Below, one piece after another: positions 1-8,117 of a stretch of 64,000 nt of DNA (positions are counted from its first letter, which is position 1; every line of letters starts with the position of its first letter). The stretch covers positions 384,001-448,000 of the forward strand of contig JBJMOW010000002.1 of assembly GCA_045803545.1 (NCBI GenBank), in the 5' to 3' direction. The notes beneath the pieces were generated by a model. The model saw only the letters and a list, made by a program, of their open reading frames with translations, did no database searches and had not been told where the DNA came from. A program made the position numbers and the translations under genes. The stretch is from Gemmatimonadaceae bacterium. GTDB taxonomy: Bacteria; Gemmatimonadota; Gemmatimonadetes; Gemmatimonadales; Gemmatimonadaceae.

Positions 1-3000
1 GACCTTTTCTGCCGCTACCGCGCCATGAGTGGCAACCATGTCGCGCGCAAAGCGGGGTGGGACACGCACGGCCTGCCGGTCGAAATCGAAGTCGAGAAGC
101 GGATCGAAACTGACTTCGGCATCCGCACCGCCAAGCAGCAAATCGAAAAGATCGGCGTCGAGCGGTTCAACGAGATGTGCCGCGAGAGTGTGTGGCGTTA
201 CAAGAACGACTGGGAATCGCTCAGCGAGCGCATCGGCTATTGGCTCGATTACAGCGATCCATACATCACATACTCCAACGATTACATCGAGAGCGTGTGG
301 TGGGCGCTGGCGACGCTCTTTCGGCGCGGCCGGTTATATCGCGGCCACAAGGTGCTGCCGTATTGCGCGAGATGCGGCACGACCCTCTCCAGTCACGAGG
401 TCGCGCAGGGCTACAAAGACGTCAAGGATCCCAGTGCGTTCGTCGCGCTCGACATCGTCGACGAGAAGACTCCTGGCCGCCGGCGAATCGTCGTCTGGAC
501 GACGACACCGTGGACGCTCGTCTCCAATGTGGCGTTGGCCGTCAATCCATCGCTCGAATACGTCGAGCTGCGAAAGAGAAAGTCCGAAGCCAACGAAACT
601 TTCATTCTCGCCCTGCCGCGGCTGCCAGCGGTGCTCGGCGATGATTTCGCGGATCGGTGGGAAACGATTCGCTCTTTCCGCGGCAAGGATCTGGTCGGGA
701 AGCGATACAAGCGGCCGCTCGACTGGGTTCCTTACAAGGACGGGAAGCACGAGATCATCGTCGGCGAAGATTTTGTCTCATCGGAGGAGGGAACCGGAGT
801 GGTGCACATGGCGCCCGCATTCGGCGCCGATGACTATGCCGCCGGACAGCGACATGGGCTCGACTTCCTCCAGCCTGTCAATCTTCGTGGTGAGTTCCCA
901 GCCGAGATGCCGCTCGTGGGCGGCAAGTTCGTCAAGGACGCGGACCCCATCATCATCGAGGAGCTGAAACGACGCGGGGTATTGTTCAAGACGACGGCGT
1001 TCGAGCATGCGTATCCGCACTGCTGGCGGTGTGAGACGCCGCTGCTCTACTACGCGCGAACATCGTGGTTCATTCGCACTACCGAGTTCAAGGACTCCAT
1101 GCTCGTGCGCAACTCGCGCGTCGACTGGCATCCGCCCGAAGTCGGAGCCGGTCGCTTCGGCGAGTGGCTGACGAACAACATCGACTGGGCAGTTTCGCGC
1201 GATCGGTATTGGGGTACTCCACTTCCCATCTGGGTCTGCGACCGCGACAGCTCGCACGCCGAAGCGATCGGCGGATATGCGGAGCTCGCTGAGCGTTCAG
1301 GCAAATCGCTCGGCGACGGGTTTGATCCGCACAAGCCATTCATCGATCGTTACTCGTGGCAATGCAGCTGCGGCGGGACGATGACTCGCACTCCGGAAGT
1401 TATCGACGCCTGGTTCGATTCAGGATCGATGCCCTTTGCTCAGTGGCATTTTCCGTTCGAGAACAAAGAGAAATTCGAGCGTTACTATCCGGCGGATTTC
1501 ATCGCCGAAGGAATCGACCAGACCCGCGGCTGGTTCTATTCGTTGCTCGCTATCGCAACCGGCCTCGGCGATGCGTTACCGAATAATCTTCTTTCGCACG
1601 AGTTGAACCTCGGCGCAGAGGGCGAGAAGAAGCCCGCCGGGGGAGCGAGCACCTACGCCGTCGACACCGCACCGTACCGATCGGTCGTCGTCAATGATCT
1701 GGTGCTCGACGCCGATGGACAGAAAATGTCCAAGCGACTCGGCAACATCATCAATCCGAGTACGGTGATCCCGCGCTACGGCGCCGACGCGGTGCGTCTT
1801 TTCCTCACAACTTCGAGCCAGATCTGGACGCCGCGCCGCTTCGATGAGGCGGGCATTCGTGATACCGCTGGCCGGTTCCTGCTCACTTTCAAGAACGTTT
1901 ATACAGGCATCTTCGCCGAGTACGCGAACTTTGGCTGGAGCCCCTCAGCCGACGATCCCGCAGTCAGGAATCGGCCATTGCTCGACCGCTGGATTTTGTC
2001 GCGGCTCGCGACGGTCGAGCGGGAAGCAAATGAGATGCTTGGGCGCTACGAGGCGACGAACGCCGCCAAATCGGTGATGAGCTTCTTCGACGAAGACGTG
2101 TCGAAGTGGTACGTCCGGCAAAGCAGGCATCGCTTTTACGATGTCGATGGAGAAGACAATCGCGCCGCGTTTGCAACGCTGCACGAAATCCTCGTCGTGA
2201 CGTGCCGGCTGCTGGCGCCGTTCGCGCCGTTTATCACCGACTGGGTCCACCGCGAGCTTACCGGGAAGTCGGTTCACCTGGTGCCTTACGCACGGGGTGT
2301 CAGCGCCGAGGGTGAATCCAATGTGGATTTTGAGCTGGCGATGTCACACGTGCGGGCTCTGGCGACCCTCGGTCGCGCGGCGCGTGAGGACGCCGGAGTG
2401 AAGGTGCGCCAGCCGCTTTCACGCATGGTGTGCGTGGTGCCGATGCACGGTGTCTTGCCGGTGGGGGCGGAGACATCTACCAACGTACTGCTGGATCAGC
2501 TAAGCCCGCTCTTGGCGGCCGAGCTCAACCTTAAAAAAATCGAGTTTATCACAAGCGCTGACGACCTAGTAACTTTAAAGGCTAGACCGAATTTCCGTTC
2601 GCTGGGTAAGAAATTTGGTAAAGCGACGCCACTCGCGGCGGAGGCAGTGCAGGCCTTGAGCAGCGAAGCGCTGAGAGATTTCGAGGCCGGCAAGCCGTTG
2701 TATGTGTCAGTCGAGAATGAGTCACGTGAGCTGAGTGCGGACGATCTGGCGATCACTCGCACTGCGGCGGGTGAACTCACCGTGAAGGAGGAAGCCGGCT
2801 ACTTCGCGGCGCTCGATCCGAAAGTGACGCGGGAACTGAGGTTGGAAGGCCTCGCCCGCGAAGTGGTGAGTCGGATTCAGCGACTCAGGAAAGAATTGGG
2901 TTTCGCCGTCAGCGATCGCGTTACGCTGTCTGTTGCCGGCGATGCGGAAATTGTCGAAGCGGTCAAGGCGTTCCAGCAGTGGATCGCCAGTGAAGTGCTC

Positions 3001-3102
3001 GCCGTAAGAATCTCGGTGAGTGAAAAGAACGAAACACACGCGACGCACACGTTCGACCTTGATGGACAGATCGTGCAAGTCGCCCTCGCGAGGGTTGGTT
3101 AG
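1..3102 (+). CDS. ileS: Isoleucine--tRNA ligase (type 2-like), 5'-truncated by the window edge
   Basis: GWDTHGLP, WTTTPWTL, GTGVVH, DWAVSRDRYWG, EGIDQTRGWF and KMSKR motifs; the frame is open back to base 1 (DLFCRYRAM). Confidence 0.97.
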   Translation, partial: DLFCRYRAMSGNHVARKAGWDTHGLPVEIEVEKRIETDFGIRTAKQQIEKIGVERFNEMCRESVWRYKNDWESLSERIGYWLDYSDPYITYSNDYIESVWWALATLFRRGRLYRGHKVLPYCARCGTTLSSHEVAQGYKDVKDPSAFVALDIVDEKTPGRRRIVVWTTTPWTLVSNVALAVNPSLEYVELRKRKSEANETFILALPRLPAVLGDDFADRWETIRSFRGKDLVGKRYKRPLDWVPYKDGKHEIIVGEDFVSSEEGTGVVHMAPAFGADDYAAGQRHGLDFLQPVNLRGEFPAEMPLVGGKFVKDADPIIIEELKRRGVLFKTTAFEHAYPHCWRCETPLLYYARTSWFIRTTEFKDSMLVRNSRVDWHPPEVGAGRFGEWLTNNIDWAVSRDRYWGTPLPIWVCDRDSSHAEAIGGYAELAERSGKSLGDGFDPHKPFIDRYSWQCSCGGTMTRTPEVIDAWFDSGSMPFAQWHFPFENKEKFERYYPADFIAEGIDQTRGWFYSLLAIATGLGDALPNNLLSHELNLGAEGEKKPAGGASTYAVDTAPYRSVVVNDLVLDADGQKMSKRLGNIINPSTVIPRYGADAVRLFLTTSSQIWTPRRFDEAGIRDTAGRFLLTFKNVYTGIFAEYANFGWSPSADDPAVRNRPLLDRWILSRLATVEREANEMLGRYEATNAAKSVMSFFDEDVSKWYVRQSRHRFYDVDGEDNRAAFATLHEILVVTCRLLAPFAPFITDWVHRELTGKSVHLVPYARGVSAEGESNVDFELAMSHVRALATLGRAAREDAGVKVRQPLSRMVCVVPMHGVLPVGAETSTNVLLDQLSPLLAAELNLKKIEFITSADDLVTLKARPNFRSLGKKFGKATPLAAEAVQALSSEALRDFEAGKPLYVSVENESRELSADDLAITRTAAGELTVKEEAGYFAALDPKVTRELRLEGLAREVVSRIQRLRKELGFAVSDRVTLSVAGDAEIVEAVKAFQQWIASEVLAVRISVSEKNETHATHTFDLDGQIVQVALARVG

Positions 3103-3104
3103 AG

Positions 3105-3524
3105 ATGGCAACAGCAGCCAGTAAGAAGCCAAAAGCGATGCCGAAGAAAAGTCTTCAGCATTTTGAGAAGCGCTTGCTCGAGGAGAGGAGGCGCGTTTTG
3201 AAGGAGCTGGGGCATTACGACGAGACTTTTGGATCGACGCCTCAGGGTGCTGACGGCGATCTGAGCGCATACTCATTCCACATGGCCGATCAGGGTACCG
3301 ACGCGATGGAGCGCGAGAAGGCATTCCTCTTCGCGAGCCAGGAGGGTCGTTTCCTGTGGCACATCGACGAGGCCCTGCGCCGGCTTTATCGAAACCCTGA
3401 GCAGTTCGGCAAATGCCATAACTGCGGCAAGGAAATCAGCTTCGAACGTCTCGACGCGCTGCCACACGCCAGATACTGCATCGAGTGCAAGCAGCGTGAA
3501 GAAGATGGAAAGCGGCAAGTCTAA
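3105..3524 (+). CDS. TraR/DksA-family C4 zinc-finger protein
   Basis: Coiled coil with HMADQGTDAMERE, then CHNC...ERLDALP...CIEC; sits between ileS and lspA. Confidence 0.9.
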   Translation: MATAASKKPKAMPKKSLQHFEKRLLEERRRVLKELGHYDETFGSTPQGADGDLSAYSFHMADQGTDAMEREKAFLFASQEGRFLWHIDEALRRLYRNPEQFGKCHNCGKEISFERLDALPHARYCIECKQREEDGKRQV

Positions 3525-4041
3525 CACGCCCCTCTTCTGGGGCACGCTGATTACGGTCGTAGCACTCGATCTCGTCACCAAACTGATTGCGGCGGCGACG
3601 CTATCGCCGCAACACGTTCCGCACGAAATCATCGGCAACCACCTGCGGTTGACGCTGGTTTACAATCCCGGCGCGGCGTTCGGCCTCAATCTCGGCATCT
3701 ACTCGCGCTGGATCTTCATGGCGTTGACTGCTGGCGCCCTGGTCATTCTTGGCAGGCTGTACAAGGCTACGCGTGATGGAGACTATCTGCGCGCAATCGC
3801 GCTGGGGCTGGTCTGCGGCGGAGCGGTCGGTAACCTGATTGACCGCGTCCGCTCAGCGGCCGGCGTTGTCGATTTCATCGACGTTGGCGTCGGTGATCTG
3901 CGCTGGCCGACCTTTAACGTGGCCGACATGGCGGTGAGCGTCGGTGCGTTTCTCCTCGCCTGGGTATTGTGGGGTGAAGAGCGGGCGCCAACCCCAGTCG
4001 TTGGAGCAACACCCGTATCGGACACGCCAGCGGAGAGCTAG
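3505..4041 (+). CDS. lspA: Lipoprotein signal peptidase II
   Basis: DLVTK, NPGAAFG, GNLIDR, VVDFI and FNVAD motifs; ATG at 3505 (GTG at 3496 is an alternative). Confidence 0.97.
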   Translation: MESGKSNTPLFWGTLITVVALDLVTKLIAAATLSPQHVPHEIIGNHLRLTLVYNPGAAFGLNLGIYSRWIFMALTAGALVILGRLYKATRDGDYLRAIALGLVCGGAVGNLIDRVRSAAGVVDFIDVGVGDLRWPTFNVADMAVSVGAFLLAWVLWGEERAPTPVVGATPVSDTPAES

Positions 4042-4043
4042 GC

Positions 4044-5018
4044 CTGAGCGACATTCGAGAGTTTCCCGTCGGGGCGGACAGCGATGTCCGCCTCGATTTG
4101 TTTGTAGCCCACCAGGCGGATCTGTCGCGGACTCAGGCGGCAACCCTCATCGCCAACGGCAACGTACTTGTCGACGGGCGCCGTGAACGGGCGAGCTACA
4201 AGCCCTTGAGTGGCGAAGTTGTGCGCGTCGAGATCCCGCGCGTAGAGAAGCGGGAGGTCCTTGGCGAGGACATCCCTGTCACGATCGTCTACGAGGACGA
4301 GTCGCTGCTGGTCGTCGACAAACCAGCCGGTATGGTGGTGCATCCAGCTCCCGGCAACTGGACGGGAACCCTTGTTAACGCATTGATTGGCCGAAGCGGG
4401 GGCCTGGCGAACGAGGGCGAGGAACCCGAGCGTGCCGGGGTCGTCCACCGCCTCGACAAGGAGACGTCCGGCCTCCTTATCGTCGCCAAAACGGATCGTG
4501 CCCATCGCCTTTTGAGCTCCGCCATCGCCACCCGACGGGTCACCCGGAGGTACGCGGTTATGACGTGGGGTCACCTGACATCGGATAAGCTGACTATCGA
4601 CAAGCCGATAGCGCGTGATCCGCGAGACCGGAAGCGCATGGCAATCGTCATTAAGGGTCGGCCGGCCAAGACCGACCTCATACGCCTTGCTCGGTTCGAT
4701 GCGGGGGACCTTCTTCGTGCCCATCTCCATTCCGGACGGACTCACCAAATCCGCGTTCATGTCGCGTCTATCGGCCATCCTGTCATGGGCGATGACACGT
4801 ATGGCGGGGGCGGAGGACGTCGTGTGGCCGGGCTTCCTCCCAAGCGGCACTTCCTCCACGCGGCCTGGCTCGCCTTCAATCATCCAGTGACAGGCAAGCC
4901 CCTCGATTTTCGCTCGCCTCTACCAGAGGATTTGCGCCGCTCACTCGATGTGATCGCCGGTCAACATTCATTGCCGGCCGCTGCCGATCCACTGGAGGCA
5001 TTCGGCTTCTATGAGTGA
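4044..5018 (+). CDS. rluD: RluA/RluD-family pseudouridine synthase with S4 domain; probable CTG start
   Basis: VRLDLFVA...LSR S4 motif, VDKPAGMVVHP, HRLDKETSG, GRTHQIRVH. The S4 RLD motif lies upstream of the ORF-track start at 4098. Confidence 0.92.
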   Translation: MSDIREFPVGADSDVRLDLFVAHQADLSRTQAATLIANGNVLVDGRRERASYKPLSGEVVRVEIPRVEKREVLGEDIPVTIVYEDESLLVVDKPAGMVVHPAPGNWTGTLVNALIGRSGGLANEGEEPERAGVVHRLDKETSGLLIVAKTDRAHRLLSSAIATRRVTRRYAVMTWGHLTSDKLTIDKPIARDPRDRKRMAIVIKGRPAKTDLIRLARFDAGDLLRAHLHSGRTHQIRVHVASIGHPVMGDDTYGGGGGRRVAGLPPKRHFLHAAWLAFNHPVTGKPLDFRSPLPEDLRRSLDVIAGQHSLPAAADPLEAFGFYE

Positions 5019-5502
5019 CGCGGTTACGCTGCCTCCAGAGCAAGAGGTTGCACAGGAAGCGCCGGTACCGACGCGACGCCTGCTGGTGTTCGACGTGGGT
5101 GGAACCCAGTTCGGTTGCGACATGGATGCGTTTCGCGAGATCGTCCCGACACCGCGATTAACCAGATTGCCCGGGGCGCCCGAGACGGTGTGTGGCCTGA
5201 TCAATCTTCGCGGCACCATCGTCACCGTTCTGGACGGCGGCCCGGTACTCGGAAGGCCTGCCTTCCGTCGCGCCGAGGGACTCGTCCTGATCATAGAGAG
5301 TCAGGAGCGATGGATTGGTATGGGCGTTGATGACGTGCGCGACGTCAAGGATGTACCGGTCGACAGCGTTCAACCCGCAGGTAGGCACAACGTACCGGTA
5401 GCGGCAGCGGTGACTGGAGAAGTGGAGATCGACGGCGAGCGCGTGTTTGTGCTCGATATCACAACGGTGGTTCAGCAAGTAATCGGAAAAGGGGGGAGAT
5501 AA
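5011..5502 (+). CDS. cheW: CheW coupling protein
   Basis: TRLPGAP...GLINLRGTIVTVLD and GMGVDDV motifs. Confidence 0.93.
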   Translation: MSDAVTLPPEQEVAQEAPVPTRRLLVFDVGGTQFGCDMDAFREIVPTPRLTRLPGAPETVCGLINLRGTIVTVLDGGPVLGRPAFRRAEGLVLIIESQERWIGMGVDDVRDVKDVPVDSVQPAGRHNVPVAAAVTGEVEIDGERVFVLDITTVVQQVIGKGGR

Positions 5503-5865
5503 GTGAGTAGCACTGTACTCGTTTGTGACGACGCCGTATTCATGCGGACGATGGTCAGCGACATCCTGTCGCAGGCTGGGTTTACCGTCGTTGGTGAAGC
5601 CGAGAACGGCAAGCAGGCGGTTGAGAAATACAAGCAACTCAAACCTGACCTGGTGACGATGGACATCATCATGCCGGAGATGGGCGGCATCGAAGCGGTG
5701 AAGCAGATCACCCAGGCCGATCCTGCTGCGCGAATTCTGATGTGCAGCGCGATGGGCCAGCAAGCGCTGGTGCAGGAGGCCCTGCAGGCGGGCGCGCGTG
5801 ATTTCGTGGTCAAGCCCTTCCAGCCGAGTCGAGTTTTGGAAGCCGTGCAACGGGTCCTCGCATAA
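5503..5865 (+). CDS. cheY: CheY single-domain response regulator (Thermotoga/Bacillus-like)
   Basis: VCDD, MDIIMPEMGG (phospho-Asp), MCSAMGQQ, VKPF; GTG start directly after the cheW stop. Confidence 0.93.
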   Translation: MSSTVLVCDDAVFMRTMVSDILSQAGFTVVGEAENGKQAVEKYKQLKPDLVTMDIIMPEMGGIEAVKQITQADPAARILMCSAMGQQALVQEALQAGARDFVVKPFQPSRVLEAVQRVLA

Positions 5866-7464
5866 GTGGATACCGGCCGCTATGCCAAGCTTTTTCTCTC
5901 CGAGAGCAAGGAAAACCTCGCCGAGATAAATGCCGCGCTCCTGGAACTGGAGCGGGGTGGCAGCGATGCGGCCGTTGCCCGACTTTTTCGGGCCGTACAC
6001 ACGCTCAAGGGAATGGGCGGGGCGATGGGCTATACGTCGGTCGCCGAGCTGTCCCACGAGCTGGAGACGCTGCTCGACAAGGTCAGGAACAGCGCAGTGG
6101 CAGTCACGCGGCCGATGATCGACACGCTCTTCGCGGGGGTAGACGCTCTCGAGCAGGCGGTCGAGGCCGCCACGGCATCCCCATCGGTGAATCTCGATGT
6201 CTCAGTGGTGATGGCGAAGGTTCGTGAGGCTGGAAGCGAAGAGAAGGCGCAGACTTTCGTCCAGGAGGTGTCGCCCGCGCCGCAGCCCAAACCGGAGCAG
6301 GAAGCGCCCGCAGCTCCTCCCAAAGCAACGCGTCAGATCAGAATCGATTCGAAGCGGCTCGACACCTTCATGAACGTGCTCGGAGAGCTCGTGATAGCGC
6401 GCGATCGGATTCAAAAGGCGGCTGAACGCATCGCCGATCCCGAGATGCTCGACGCGGTTCGTCACGCTTCGCAGATACTTGGCAATCTGCAGAATGAGGT
6501 AATGACCAGCCGCATGGTCCCGGTCTGGCAGGTCTTCGAGCGTTTCCCGCGGGTGGTGCGCGATACCGCGCGCACGCTGGGCAAGGAAGTCGACTTCAGA
6601 ATCGAAGGGCGCGACATCGAGCTCGATAGATCGATGCTCGACGAGATGGGCGAACCGGTGTTGCATTTGCTGCGCAACGCACTCGATCACGGCATCGAAA
6701 CACCGGCCGACCGTGAAAAAGCGGGGAAGCCGCGCACTGCCACGTTGATCCTCACTGCGGAGCGCGATCGCGCGACGGTCTTGATCCGGGTTACGGACGA
6801 TGGCCGCGGCATCGATCAAACGAAGGTGCTGCCGCGCGCCAAGAAACTTGGTCTCATCGACAAGACAACCACGAAACTGAATGAGCAGGAGCTGGTCGCA
6901 ATCATCTCGCGGCCCGGTTTCTCTACGGCGGACAAGGTTACCGAGATCTCGGGCCGCGGCGTCGGATTCGATATCGTCGCCAGCAGGGTGCGCGGACTCG
7001 GTGGCTCGCTCGAAGTGCACACCGATGCCGGGCTGGGCACTGCAGTCAGCATGCGCCTGCCGTTGACGCTGGCGATCTCCCGGGCGCTGCTGGCGAAAGT
7101 GGAGCGCGAGACCTATGCGATCCCGCTCACCCACGTCCTCGAGACTTTCAGTCTTTCCAAGCCGATGCTGCTGGAATCGAAGGGCAAGCCCGTCATAGCA
7201 ATTCGCGACGATCTTTTCCCGGCGATCTGGCTGCGCGAACGTGTCGGATTACCAGCACCGGATAATCCTGCGAGTGGTCAAGTGGTACTGGTCGAGCTCG
7301 CCGAGCGAAAAGCGGCGCTCATCGTCGATCAATTCGAGGGACAGCAGGAGATCGTCGTTAAACAGTTCGACGGCGTAGGTGGCAGCAAAACTTTATTCAG
7401 CGGCGCGACGATACTTGGCGATGGATCGCCCGCTCTGATCGTGGACGCTTCAAGCCTCCTCTAA
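5866..7464 (+). CDS. cheA: CheA histidine kinase (Hpt, dimerisation, HATPase and CheW domains; no evident P2)
   Basis: FRAVHTLKG (Hpt His), HLLRNALDHG, DDGRGID, SGRGVGFD, LPLTLAI, SGATILGDG. Confidence 0.96.
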   Translation: MDTGRYAKLFLSESKENLAEINAALLELERGGSDAAVARLFRAVHTLKGMGGAMGYTSVAELSHELETLLDKVRNSAVAVTRPMIDTLFAGVDALEQAVEAATASPSVNLDVSVVMAKVREAGSEEKAQTFVQEVSPAPQPKPEQEAPAAPPKATRQIRIDSKRLDTFMNVLGELVIARDRIQKAAERIADPEMLDAVRHASQILGNLQNEVMTSRMVPVWQVFERFPRVVRDTARTLGKEVDFRIEGRDIELDRSMLDEMGEPVLHLLRNALDHGIETPADREKAGKPRTATLILTAERDRATVLIRVTDDGRGIDQTKVLPRAKKLGLIDKTTTKLNEQELVAIISRPGFSTADKVTEISGRGVGFDIVASRVRGLGGSLEVHTDAGLGTAVSMRLPLTLAISRALLAKVERETYAIPLTHVLETFSLSKPMLLESKGKPVIAIRDDLFPAIWLRERVGLPAPDNPASGQVVLVELAERKAALIVDQFEGQQEIVVKQFDGVGGSKTLFSGATILGDGSPALIVDASSLL

Positions 7465-7465
7465 C

Positions 7466-8113
7466 ATGACTGACACGCGCAATACACCACCCGGCGAGAG
7501 CGGCACGACATTGCTGAGCACGGCGCGACTTGACGCACTACGTGAAGTCGCCAACATCGGCGCTGGGCACGCAGCAACGGCACTCTCCACGCTCACAGGC
7601 ACCCGCATCATGATCAGTGTGCCGATGGTCAACATCGTGCCGCCGGGCGATTTCGTGCCCGAAATCTCACCGGGCGCAGAGATCGTCTCGGTGCAGATGG
7701 CGATGAGCGGCGACATTGGGGGGCAGACCGTGTTTCTGCTCGACGTCCACGCGGGCATCCGGCTCGCTGAGCGAATGCTGCGGCGCAACCGCGGCACATC
7801 TCCGGACCTTGGCAAGCTGGAGCAATCGGCGCTGAACGAAGCCGGAAATATTCTCGCCGGCGCTTATCTGACGGCGCTGAGCGATTTCCTTGGCATGCGT
7901 CTGCTGTTGTCACCGCCGTCTTTGATACGAGGCGAATCGCGCGACGCGTTGAGGAGCGTCGGCGATCACGCACCGCGCGTAGACTCGCCCATTCTCTGCG
8001 TAGAGACCGAGTTTTTCCTCGACGAGCCGGCTGAGAGCCTGCACGGGTTCTTCCTGCTCGTTCCCGATCCCAAGGCTTTCGACGCCATCTTCCGCGCGGT
8101 GCGCGTAGAGTAG
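7466..8113 (+). CDS. cheC: CheC-family CheY-P phosphatase
   Basis: Two D/S-xxx-E-xx-N active-site motifs: DALREVANIGAGHAA and SALNEAGNILAG. Confidence 0.92.
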   Translation: MTDTRNTPPGESGTTLLSTARLDALREVANIGAGHAATALSTLTGTRIMISVPMVNIVPPGDFVPEISPGAEIVSVQMAMSGDIGGQTVFLLDVHAGIRLAERMLRRNRGTSPDLGKLEQSALNEAGNILAGAYLTALSDFLGMRLLLSPPSLIRGESRDALRSVGDHAPRVDSPILCVETEFFLDEPAESLHGFFLLVPDPKAFDAIFRAVRVE

Positions 8114-8117
8114 TCTC

